From Azolla caroliniana (lineage: Eukaryota; Plantae; Polypodiophyta): DNA of 64,000 nucleotides. The stretch is from the NCBI GenBank assembly GCA_043228905.1, contig JBHGNT010000003.1:13454001-13518000 (forward strand). The letters are read 5' to 3'. The position numbers and the translations under genes are program-made. Under the pieces are notes generated by a model that worked only from the letters and a program-made list of their open reading frames with translations, made no database searches and was not told the origin of the DNA. Below are positions 39,901 to 49,900 of this stretch, in pieces (the stretch's first letter is position 1; every line of letters starts with the position of its first letter).

Positions 39901-42453
39901 TGCGAATTGGATAAGCCCACACCTTTCGAGTCGAATCGTCAATAAAAGTGACGAAGTAAGAGGCACCGCCGAGAGACTGATGCGGCATTGGGCCACAGAC
40001 GTCCGAGTGGACCAAATCAAGAGGTCTCGTTTCTCTTGGTGCTGATGTCGGGTGTGATGCGGCTGCTTGTTTGCCATACTGGCAATGCTCGCAAAATTGA
40101 TGGTCCGAGAAGGAGAGTTTGGGGATGTATCCGGCTCTAGATAGGTGCGTGATGCCGGCCTTGCTGAGGTGTCCCAATCTTCGGTGCCATAATGATGACA
40201 CAGGAATATCCACCAAAAACAGGTTACCCTCTCTGAGCGTAACATGTAACGGATACAGTGAGTGTATCTTGGGTCCTCTAGCAAGCAGGAGGTTCCCCCT
40301 GTGGAGTGTCCACCCTCCCGAAGAAAAACCGGCACGAATGCCGTCTTCATCTAGTTGTCCGACTGAGATCAATGGCCTTGAGAGCTCGGGTACATGTCGG
40401 ACATTGTGGAGTACAAGTGTAGAGCCACCGGCAAGGTTGAGCTCTACTGTGCCGATTCCGATGATGTCACAGTGTTGCGAGTTGCCGACCCGAACTGAGT
40501 CGGAGTGACGGATCGTATATTGCCGAAATTGGGACCGATGAGGAGTCACATGAAATGACGCGCCCGAATCCAAGAGCCATGTGCTCGATTCTTCAGTCGT
40601 GAGCAGAACTTCTGATCCGACTGGATTTTCGATTGATAGTATATTCGGGTCGTCCGGTAGTACATCAGCTGAGAAGCTGACGTAATTGATCTCCTCATGC
40701 CGGCCACTCTTCTTGTTGTTCTTATTCTTGAGTGCGCGGCAGTCGGCTTTGATGTGTCCGGGTTTCTTGCAATAGTTGCAGATTCGGTTATCCCGTGACT
40801 GGCTCCGTCTTCGCTGATTGTTCGGCGGCCGTGAGGAATCTCTTCCTCGTATGTTCGATCGGTCTGTCGAACCTTGTACTACATAAGCGTCGTCTGTTGA
40901 GTCTTTGGCGAAAGACTTTCTCCGAGCTGCTTCGGTCAGGATTGCGCTCGTGACTTCGGAGTATTTAACAGCCGTGGTTGACGCGTTGCACACAGTGGTG
41001 ACGAAAGTTTCCCATGATGAGGGAAGGCTGCTCATGAGTATCATTGCTCTGAGTTCATCCTCGATTGCCGTCCCCTGTGACGAGATTTGGGAGCTTATGC
41101 TTTCGTACTCATTGAGGTGTGCTTGAACCGAGTCGGATTCTTTCATCCGCAAGTTGTAGAGGCGCCGGATCAGAAACATCTTCGTTGCGGCGACCTTCTT
41201 TTCGTAAGTGTCCGACAGTGTTTTCCACAGTTCGAATGCTGTCGTACACGATTGCACCGTAAAATATACCGATTCCGATAGGTGCATCCGAATCGTGGCG
41301 CGGACGATTCTGTCCAGCTTCTGCCACTCAATTGGTTTGTATCCTTCTGGAGGTTCTTCATTTTCGATGGGATCGATTTGTCCCTTGACTATGAGATAGT
41401 CCTGCATTTGCTCTTTCCAGAAGTTGAAGTTCGATCCATCGAACTTTCGTAGACTCATTTCTGACGAGCCGGATGTTGATGCCATCAAATTCGGTTTTGG
41501 TTGACGAAGCTCGGTTCGGAGTTGACTGTGAACCTTGTTGGAGTGCAGCCGGTTGGCTCACCCGATATCGTTCTAGTCGGATTTGAGCCCGAGTCGGTTC
41601 GGCTTCGGATATATGTATTGTTGAACTTGCTCGAATTGACTTCGGTAGCTTGAGAGACAGAACCGACTGGTCTTCCCGAATGTTGCCGAGTCGGAGTGAG
41701 CCCGGTTCGCTTCGGATATATATGCCGAATACCGATTATTAAAACCGATTATCTGGACCGATTCTGCTTCGGTTGACTGCAGCGACGAGAGAGACGGATC
41801 CAACTGATCCTCTCGAATGTCGATCAGCCAGATGAAGCACGAATTTGGGGTTGTTGTCTTGAGACCGATCTGCACCGAGTGGTTACAACGAGCAGCGTTT
41901 GGTGACCTCTTCGGATGCCGTTTAACCGAATGGAGGACGATCGTGTCAATGATGCACAAGGGGATTTCACCTCGAGCGGTTACGATCACAAGGAACAGAG
42001 TACGACCTGATGGCTTACTCCAAGCAAGAATGATCTAACGCAATGAGATGCAAACCTGGTTTTTTTTTTTTTCCTTCTTCTCTCTTTCTTCGAATGACGC
42101 AGGAAACCGAATGCAGAGACGACGGCCGACAGCGGATTGAAGGACCGACTACTGTGCAGGCTCTGATACCAGATGTTGGGGACAATGTCGTCTGTGCGGA
42201 AGATCTTGAAGCACTCGATTCCTGTTTATTCCCTGTGTATGACTGTTTGTAGGTCGTTGCACAGAGAGAGAGAGAGAGACACAAAAAAAAGTCTTTCTAT
42301 TGCATAAACAAGAATACAACATCCAACCTCAGAAAGAGGTTACAAGGTCACTATATATAGTGACCGACTTAGGGCAACTACCCTTTATGCTAATTACATA
42401 AATGGCCAAAACGGGATAGTGTGAATACGTCCATTATACACATGTATTCGACA
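36999..42453 (-). mobile_element. Intact, very young Ty1/Copia element K nested in the DNA transposon
   Basis: 280-bp LTRs 36999-37278 and 42174-42453, identical by eye; TSD GAACC; PBS-Met 42171-42160; PPT next to 37279. Confidence 0.97.
37472..41488 (-). CDS. gag-pol: Copia gag-pol polyprotein (1338 aa, uninterrupted)
   Basis: Gag with CCHC knuckle, protease LDSGAS, GAG-pre-integrase, integrase (HSDVCG, TDNGGEF, AERMN), RT (YVDDML) and RNase H (YTDSDFAG) in Copia order. Confidence 0.97.
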   Translation of the reverse strand: MMASTSGSSEMSLRKFDGSNFNFWKEQMQDYLIVKGQIDPIENEEPPEGYKPIEWQKLDRIVRATIRMHLSESVYFTVQSCTTAFELWKTLSDTYEKKVAATKMFLIRRLYNLRMKESDSVQAHLNEYESISSQISSQGTAIEDELRAMILMSSLPSSWETFVTTVCNASTTAVKYSEVTSAILTEAARRKSFAKDSTDDAYVVQGSTDRSNIRGRDSSRPPNNQRRRSQSRDNRICNYCKKPGHIKADCRALKNKNNKKSGRHEEINYVSFSADVLPDDPNILSIENPVGSEVLLTTEESSTWLLDSGASFHVTPHRSQFRQYTIRHSDSVRVGNSQHCDIIGIGTVELNLAGGSTLVLHNVRHVPELSRPLISVGQLDEDGIRAGFSSGGWTLHRGNLLLARGPKIHSLYPLHVTLREGNLFLVDIPVSSLWHRRLGHLSKAGITHLSRAGYIPKLSFSDHQFCEHCQYGKQAAASHPTSAPRETRPLDLVHSDVCGPMPHQSLGGASYFVTFIDDSTRKVWAYPIRTKDRVFSIFTDWLAMVENQTDRKLKCLRTDNGGEFKSEEFVKFCRQRGIRREFTAPHSPEQNGIAERMNRTIQERIVSMLQHSRLSDGFWAEALLTAVHIINMSPSRPLGLQIPQELWIGSKPNYDKLRIFGCEAYALIPKDDRRKLAPRSRKCIFLGYGSDGEMGYRLWDPERRQIVRSSDVVFNESAMTPSVEKPIEVRRVTFSDVPTLQEGPALNTRSASRVAEPYTTDSDNSDSAQPNDSLSDHPTSIPDATSPIIPRRSERLSQPPERYSPGIFFTDAGEPTSYEEASTSVDSATWHLAMESEMHSIRANKTWDLVELPRNRRALPCKWVYRLKETSDSTTPKYKARLVAKGFRQEFGVDFDEIFSPVVKMTTLRFLLGVVAADNLELIQLDVKTAFLHGDLEEEIYMQQPKGFVATGQDHLVCRLRKSLYGLKQAPRQWYKKFDDFIQSIGFSKSDEDHCLFTNTAQDGSPIFLIIYVDDMLISGRHAGELADLVRQLRLKFAMKDLGPARHILGMKISRHRDKRHLFLSQTDYIGRVLERFNMQSAKSASTPLPMNLRLSQRDCPTSGSEGEDMKSVPYAPAVGSLMYLMVATRPDISHAVGVVSRFMHNPGRSHWNAVKHVFRYLAGTKDHGILFGPNRTSGVVGYTDSDFAGCIDSRKSTTGYCFKFGNGAISWKSKLQECIATSTTEAEYVAASDAAKEALWLGRLAHTFRQVDHDSAPVVYSDSQGAVALSKNPVHHNASKHIDVRYHFVRDCVISGKIGLEKISTTDNVADGMTKCLSADRFRSLRHQMGVTTNQSG

Positions 42454-43101
42454 GAACCCCGTCAGATTGAACAGTTACCGATGATGCTTGAAACGCACAT
42501 AGAAGGCACTTGAGAATAGAGTGGCATAGAGAAGAGAACCCCGTCAGATTGAACAGTTACCAATGATGCTTGAAACGCACAGTAGCGGCCCCTGAGTGAG
42601 AGTGGAAAAGAGAAGAGAACCCCGTCAGATTGAAGAGTTACCAATGATGCTTGAAACGCACAGTAGCGGCCCCTGAGTGAGAGTGGAAAAGAGAAGAGAA
42701 CCCCGTCAGATTGAATAGCTCTTTGATTATGCTTGGAACGCACAGTAGCAACCCCTGAGTGTAGAGTGGCAAAGAGAAGAGAACCCCCTCAGATTGAACA
42801 GCTCTTTGATGATGCTTGGAACGCACAGTAATGGCCCCTGAGTGTAGAGTGGCACAGAGAAGAGAACCCCCTCAGATTGAACAGCTCTTTGATGATGCTT
42901 GGAACGCACAGTAATGGCCCCTGAGTGTAGTGTGGCACAAAGAAGAGAACCCCGTCAGATTGAACAGCTCTTTGATGATGCTTGGAATGCACAGTAGTGG
43001 CCCCTGAGTGTAGAGTGTCACAGAGAAGAGAACCCCGTCAGATTGAGCAGCTCTTTGATGATGCTTGGAACGCACAGTAGCGGCCCCTCAGTGTAGAGTG
43101 G
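42454..43101. repeat. Subterminal tandem array of ~8 units of 81-83 bp upstream of the transposase
   Basis: Units start GAACCCC(G/C)TCAGATTGA at 42454, 42536, 42617, 42698, 42781, 42864, 42947 and 43030; degenerate remnants at ~36830-36998. Confidence 0.92.
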
Positions 43102-45088
43102 CGGCAGGTGGACTCGATAGGGTTTAGCAACAGTGGTAGCAACTAACCCACAGTACTCAACTAGAGATGGCCTACGTGATGTGGCAAAGGATCATGCATA
43201 ATGGACCTAGGAATTCGATATATAATTTATGGTACACATTTATGGTGCACACATCAATTTATGTTGCACATTTATGGCACTCATTTACATATGTAATTAA
43301 AACACTCTAGTATTTTCAATGGTAGTTTTTTGCATACTTAATTTATTAATGATGGCTTTTTACTAAAATGACTATTTATCAATGGTAGCTTTTTGCATAG
43401 CTAATTAGCTATGTCAAGGACATAGCTAATTAGCTATGTCAAGGACATAGCTAATTGTTTCCACTCGCATGCTTTCACCCTAGTACATAGCTCTGATACC
43501 AAATATTAGAGATCTAGGTACTAAAGTAAGTGTAAGATAAGGATAAAGTAATGATAGATAGAAAGGAGAAAGAGAAAGAAGGGTGCCGATCCACCCGACA
43601 ACCCCCGAGCGAAGGGATCGAGACGGACACGAGCCTCGATCGGCGTCCCATACCACCGCCGTGGCGTCGAGTCGTACCTGGTGCTGGCGCGCTCGCTACA
43701 AGAGTTGACCCACCACAAGAGCAGAGTCTCGATGTAGTCAAAAGATTCTCAAATGAGGGTAGCTAGGCCTCTTATTTATAGCGATACCCAAGGCCCCCAG
43801 GCAAGTTCACACTTGACCTAATGGGTTGTCTCAATCCCGAGGATTAAAAGTAATCCTCCCCTTCTTTACACTCTCGTTTAACCCTCACACTTATCCACGT
43901 GTATAGAATACTACGGTAAATTCTCACCACGGGATAATAAATGGCCATGCCCGTAACATGCAACATTGTGACTTCGTTGGCATTCCACATGTACCTGATC
44001 AACAACTGTGGGATCAACTGCGCGAGATAGAGAAGAAGGTCGAAGAGGCAAACAACAGAGCTGCCAAGGCCGAGGAGAATGTGAAAAAGATGGAAGACCG
44101 CATTGAAGTCACCAAGACCCAGCTAGGAGCATTATTTGATCCTAAACACAATGCACTCCACGAGTTAAAGAAGATGCTTGAGCGATAGGGGGAAACGATG
44201 ATAGAAGAAGAAGAAAAAGTGCAAGAATTAGAGGAGTATATCAGATTTGAAGAGGAATATTTTGCAGATCAAATGTCTAAGGTGGTACTGCAAAAATCCG
44301 AAATGCAAACAACGTATGAACAATAGAAAGAAACACACGAGTCGACAAGTACAAAATTAATGAAGATTTGTGCACAACTTGAAGTCAAATATGAAGCAAA
44401 ACGTCTGGAATTATTGGTCACCGAAGCTAAGCTAATGGCTGACCAAGGGTCGGCAGACACTCGGATAGCGGACATGCGAAAGGAACTGACCACGATGCAG
44501 TATAAGTTAGTATGGGTGAAGAAAAAGCTCGATGGATCTTACGGGTTCACAAGCAAAAAATGTTGAAGTTGGTAGTCGATACCCTCGACAACGACTGGAA
44601 GACCTGGTCAGTGCAAGCAGTAGAATTACAATTATTATGCGCCAACAAGGATAATCGCAAACAACAGGGCGCAAGATTCTTCAAAATGACCAATGAAGCC
44701 ATTGCAACAGTTCAAGAAGACCTCGCTCGAGACTTGTATGAACTCGCGGCCAGTCATAGGGAAGATATCACCCGCTTCATGGAGGAATTTGATGCCCATG
44801 ACATCGACATCTCGGTACGTTTGGATGCCTATGAAAGACAATGCCTGCAACAAACTGCCGAACTAGGAGCTTCCGTGGACCAGCCAAATGCGGCGGGCGC
44901 TGACGCAGCAAGACAAGACAAGGAAGCAATAATGCTTGACACCGAACAAGGGACGAAAGAAGAACCGTGTTTGATCGACATTCTCCATTACGACGAAGAA
45001 GATGACAACCCCGAACCCTCAAGACACCAGGAGTAAGCAAGGACGAGGGGTTGGACCCTGCAAGGCACAATCCCATGAGCATGCCAGG

Positions 45089-45654
45089 TGTTAGCCGGTC
45101 AGCTACAAGGTTGGAAGGTCAGAGTCGGACAAGTGTGAAAACGTCGGAGTCGACAATGTTCAGAAGGACGAAGGAGTCAGAGTCGGATTGTCGTGGCAGA
45201 TCAATGAGTCATCATTTACGAATTTTACCAAGTAGTAAAAATATGTATTAGAATTATTAAGACAGTTTTGTAATAGTTCTTGCCGAACAAGGGCAAGTGT
45301 TGAAAAGAGACTCTCGGTCTTACCTATAAAAGAGGGACCGAAAACCTTGTAAACCTATCGTTCTATTTTTGGAATTAATATAAGTTATTATTTACAGTAT
45401 TTCTGTGTCGACAGTATCTGTGCGCATTGTTATCCTTAGTATCGATTTCTGATTTGCTTACTAAGTAATTATATTAAGACCAATTAGTCGATCAAGGTTA
45501 TTACTCAAATAGCAAGTTCATCTGTCAGTCCTTCGATCAACTTGAGCGAACTTTCGGATTGGAATGTTCGACCTATTGTGTCGGCTACATACAGTAATCG
45601 ACTGTAGGCCAAACAACACAAAAAAATTTCAGTCTGAAGTGGATATTGTTGACA
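45089..45654 (+). repeat. Probable 3' LTR of old element F
   Basis: TGTTAG...TTGACA termini; TATA CCTATAAAAG; follows the accessory ORF stop and a tRNA-end-like motif; the partner LTR is outside the window. Confidence 0.65.
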
Positions 45655-46920
45655 CGGCTTCATGAGAATTTGATTACTGATTGTGGAGGAGGCTGAAAGT
45701 GCCCTTCCTTGTGGAATGTCCCCACCCCCGGTGCAGGAACCACCTGTCGGTTTGAATCCGATTGGCTACCAAAGGGGCAGTGCCCCTGTCTATCAGGATG
45801 ATGGGTTGAAAAGACCTGTAAACAAGTAGATTCCTCCTCTAGATTGAAGAAAAAGGAGGAAAAACAGAGACGGCCGAATAGCGGTGACTGAACAGCGGCA
45901 GAGTGAAGGCTGGATAGGAGAGGCCGACGGTCGAATGGTGGTGGCCGGTAGTGGCCGAGTGGTGGCTGAACAACGGCCGAATACCGGCGGTAATTGGCTG
46001 GACAGTGGCCGGCAACGGCTGAGTGGTGGCCGAACAGCGGCAATTGGCCGAATAGTGGTCGAATAGTGACCGAGTAGTGATGGTGATTGGCCGGAGAGTG
46101 GCAGCCGGATAGCGGCCGAGTGGTGGCCGAACATCGGTCGAGTGGCGGCCAAATGGCGGCAGCGATTGGCCGGACAGTGGCCAACAACGGTCGGACAACG
46201 ATAGAACAAAGATGACAAGAGACGGCTAAGATAGACAGATGGTCCGGCAACAGCCAGACAACCGACAGGAGAAAGATTACGACGTGGGGGAAGCAGAAGA
46301 AGACGAAACGATCAATAACATGGAAAACGAAGAGGAGCAGACAGGTATAAGGAGAAGAAGAAGAAGACGAATCAGACAAGAGAAAGAATGACAGTGTAGG
46401 GGAAGAAAATAAGAAAGGAGAATTCAAGATGCCATAGCTTATGGCTTGGAGACAGACACACAGAGACATACAAGAAGATTAAGAAGATGCAGTTAACCAG
46501 AAGACAAGAAGACAGAAAGATAAAAGGAAGAGGAAGAAGAAAGAAAGAAGAAGAAAAAGGGAGGGGCATATGCGAAAAAAAAGAAATAACATGAAGGCCT
46601 AAGTGGAGGCGGATAGGATAGAATTTCAAAATCTGAAGGGCAGCACGGCAATTTCAAAAGATCGAGGGCAACAAAATAATTTCAAAAATCTGAAGGGCCT
46701 TACCAAGAATTTCAAAAACAGGAGGTCTTAAAATGTTGTAAACTCACAATAACTCACATAAAAGAAAAGAAGCACACACACACAAAACATCATTGTAAGA
46801 CCAAAAAAAGAGTATCGAAGTTTCTATGTTCACGGATGTTCCAATTGAACGAGAGGTTCGTGTCGTTGAGTTTGTGTTCGTGTTATGCGTGTTCCGGTCG
46901 ATGGAGTTCTGACCAACACA
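45655..46920 (+). mobile_element. Non-coding retroelement internal fragment related to the 3' internal part of element G
   Basis: Shares AATTTCAAAA..AGGG units and a TCC(A/G)GTCGA.GGA.TTCTGACC segment with 17270-17781; GC-rich TGGCCG repeats at ~45870-46200. Confidence 0.5.
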
Positions 46921-46923
46921 ATA

Positions 46924-49900
46924 TGGTATCAGATCGCTTGGTTGCTTGATCGAAACTCATCACCTCAGCATGTGTTGTGCCCGATTCTGCGTTTGACAAG
47001 AACCGACTCATCGTTGTAGCTGCAATCTGCATAGTTCGCATCAAGAAGAAGAAGAAGAAGAAGAAGAAGAAGAAGAAGCTCAACATGAACACAGAAATGA
47101 GAGGCATTGTTCCTACCGAAAAGCTCGACAGAAACAACTTTGCATCTTGGGAGTACAAGATGCATCAATACCTTGTCGGCCAAGGCTATTGGAGTTATGT
47201 TGAAGGGGCAAACAAGAATCAACCCAACCCAACACATGCCGCCTACCCAGCTTGGGAGCAAGCGGCGAGTCATGTGTTTTACTGCCTTGCATCATGCGTC
47301 CGTGATCACATGCTTGGCTACATTTGAGAGACCAAAATGCCTAAGGAGACATAGGGGACCCTCAACAAGATTTTCACGGCCAACAAAATTGCAAGAAAGC
47401 TTCAACTCCGTCAAGAGTTGAACAGTATACAACAGAGGGACATGTCAATCGGCAGCTACACCTTGAAGATCAAGGAGTTGTGCGATGCCCTAAGATCGAT
47501 CAATGTTAGCATTAATGATGATGAAATGGTGTAGATTTGCCTCAGAGGCTTAGCACCATTTGGTCAACTGTCCTCGTGAGGGAGAATCTGTTGGGAGACA
47601 GGTCCCTCCGGATGGGAAGGGAGAAGATCAGTGACGATGAACAAACTCGGCCGAGGCCGAAACCATATGAGGAGGACTTGGCTATGGAGAGCTGGATGAT
47701 GCAGGCCCAGTATGAACCGGATGAGGAGTACCCGGCTACGGAGAGCCGGATGGTGCAGGCCCGGTACGAACCGGATGAGGAGTACCCGGCTACGGAGAGC
47801 CGGATGGTGCAGGCCCGGTACGAACCGGATGAGGAGTACCCGGCTACGGAGAGCCGGATGGTGCAGACCCGGTATGAACCGGAGGAAGAGACATATTCGT
47901 AAATATGTTTCTAAGAGCCCATCATGGCTATATTTGTAAATAGCCGAAAAGTCATATTAGTATAAATATGACTTAGGGCAAACTAATATTAGGTTGTTGT
48001 TTTTTTTTCTTGTTGGTGCAAGAAGAAGAGAGAGCACGTAACGTTGTACAGAGAGAGAGAAAGAGGTCGTTGCCTCTGTTGTAACCGCCGCCTGTGGCGA
48101 AGATCGTGAATCCGAGGTCGTTGCCTCCGTGAACTCATTGTTTTGTACATTCGTACATAGTGACAGTTTACAGCCCGTGGGCTACCGTGGTTTTTCCCCT
48201 AGTTTGGGGTTTTCCACGTTAACCTCCTGTGTATCTTCCTCTCCTTTGTGTCACGCTTCATTTCTCGTTTTCTGTGTATGAAAAGAATCTCGGTTGTGGC
48301 CGAGCGTTGCGCATAAGGAACGAGAAGTTCCCGTCAGAATCCTCCCTCCTTCGATCTCCAATCGATGTTGCTGGTCGAGGAGAATCATGTTTGAACAAGA
48401 AGCAATGTGCATGAAGGACAAATGCTCTATTCAAAATTTGATGGAGGAAGAGGACAAGGTCGTGCAAGAAGAGACTAATTCGGCCAAGGTCGACACAACC
48501 AAGAGCAACCTCGAGAACATAACTTCTATTACCGACAAGAACTTTCGAACGCAGGAGGCGGAGCGTCCAAAAGAAGGGGGAGGAATCATGCTAGAACCAA
48601 CCGACAAAACAATCCCACCCAGTGTGGATATTGTGGTAAATTCGGCCACTATGAGGCAGATTGTCGGAAAAAGAAGAGTGAGTCGGCCTCCACAAGCCAA
48701 CAACTCACAAACTACACCCCCAACTCTGACTACGACAATCGTGGCAAAATGTTTGTGATGAGACACAGAGTGACCTCGATGACAGCCACCAACACGACCA
48801 ACACCTCCAAACCAGAAGATGTATGGTTAGTCAATTCAGGTGCATCCAACCACATGACATCCCACGAGGATTGGTTCAAGGAGCTACGAAAGCCCGAACG
48901 ACCCGGCTATGTGGAAATTGGGGATGACACAATTCACCCCATTCAACATATCGGCAATATCCCATTTGGGGAAGAAGGCAAGCAAAGCTACATCAAGAAT
49001 GTTCTGCATGTTCCTACAATAACAAAGAACCTGGTCTCAGTTGGCCAAATAGTCGAGCAAGGCATGCAAGTTCGCTTCAACAATGGAGGATGCTTCATCA
49101 AAAAAGAAGGCCAACTCATCGCTAGGGGTCGGAGAGAAGGTCGGATGTTCATCCTTGACTCTCACGAGATGAACTCGGCAATGTATGTCAAGGGCCAAAG
49201 AGTCGATACCAACATAGAGTTGTGGCACAAGCGAATTGGTCACATTAACCTCCAAAAGCTCAGAGGAATGCAATCGAAAGGAGTCGTATTCGGACTTCAG
49301 ACTTTTACCGAAAAGGAAATTGCAGGTGTGTGCGAAGCTGGTCAATTCGGCAAACAACAACGATAACCGTTCCCAAAGGAGAGGGACACAAGCAAAGGGA
49401 TCCTGGATGTAATACATTTAGATGTATGGGGACCAGCCACGACGGCAACATTCGGTGGTTGCCAGTACTACGTAACGTTCATCGATGACTTCTCTAGACA
49501 TACCTGATACTACCCTATGCGGCAGAAGAGCGAAGTGTTCGGACACTTCCAAAGGTTCAAAAACGAAGTCGAAATGGCAACTGGTCGGCATGTCCGATGC
49601 TTTCGATCAGACAGTGGCAAGGAGTATTTCTCCGACTCCTTTACAACATACCTTCGACAAGACGGAATTCGGTGGGAGTTTACCTGCCGACACACACCTC
49701 AATAGAATGGAGTAGGAAAACGCAAGAATTGGCACATACTCGAGGTGACGATGGCAATGATGAACGAGAAACATCTGCCAAAGTCATATTGGGTTGAGGC
49801 GGCAAATACGGCCGTTTATTTGATTAATTGTTGCACAACATCAGGAGTGCACGATGTTACCCCCTGCGAAATTTTTTACGGGAAGAGACCAGATCTATCT

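Larger units (their letters stand above)
25474..43480 (-). mobile_element. Large TIR DNA transposon, Sola2-like (~12.5 kb without the nested Copia)
   Basis: 25-bp TIRs GGGT(A/G)AAAGCATGCGAGTGGAAACA at 25474-25498 and 43456-43480 (1 mismatch); 4-bp TSD TAGT (25470-25473, 43481-43484); GRG...CYC termini and DDD transposase motifs fit Sola2. Confidence 0.85.
18999..43958 (-). mobile_element. Full-length Ty3/Gypsy chromovirus B (same family as A) carrying an 18-kb insertion
   Basis: 455-bp LTRs 18999-19453 and 43504-43958; TSD TGCAA (18994-18998, 43959-43963); PBS-Met 43501-43490; PPT next to 19454. Confidence 0.95.
7566..45036 (+). pseudogene. Accessory (non-gag/pol) ORF of old LTR element F, split into four pieces: 7566-8161, 9725-9971, 18460-18998, 43964-45036
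   Basis: Frame continues across two insertion sites after removing the insert and one TSD copy (EVPR|EEWQEL; ADDHMQ|HCDFVG); third junction inferred from the TCAAC TSD; several stops; P/Q/E-rich linker and long coiled-coil C-terminal half. Confidence 0.7.

Noticed and set aside
42454-43101. Series of similar short ORFs (MRSKHHQRAVQS...) suggesting a peptide gene array
   Set aside because: By-products of an 81-83 bp tandem repeat whose unit length mostly shifts frame; no coding evidence.
25474-43480. Assignment of the TIR element to CACTA, Mutator, hAT or PIF/Harbinger
   Set aside because: The 4-bp TSD, GGG...CCC ends and DFAENY/SDG..Q.K/HGK..DG motifs do not fit those superfamilies.
45660-46469. 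269-aa ORF and overlapping ORFs
   Set aside because: Low-complexity GC-rich repeat open in several frames; no recognisable domain.
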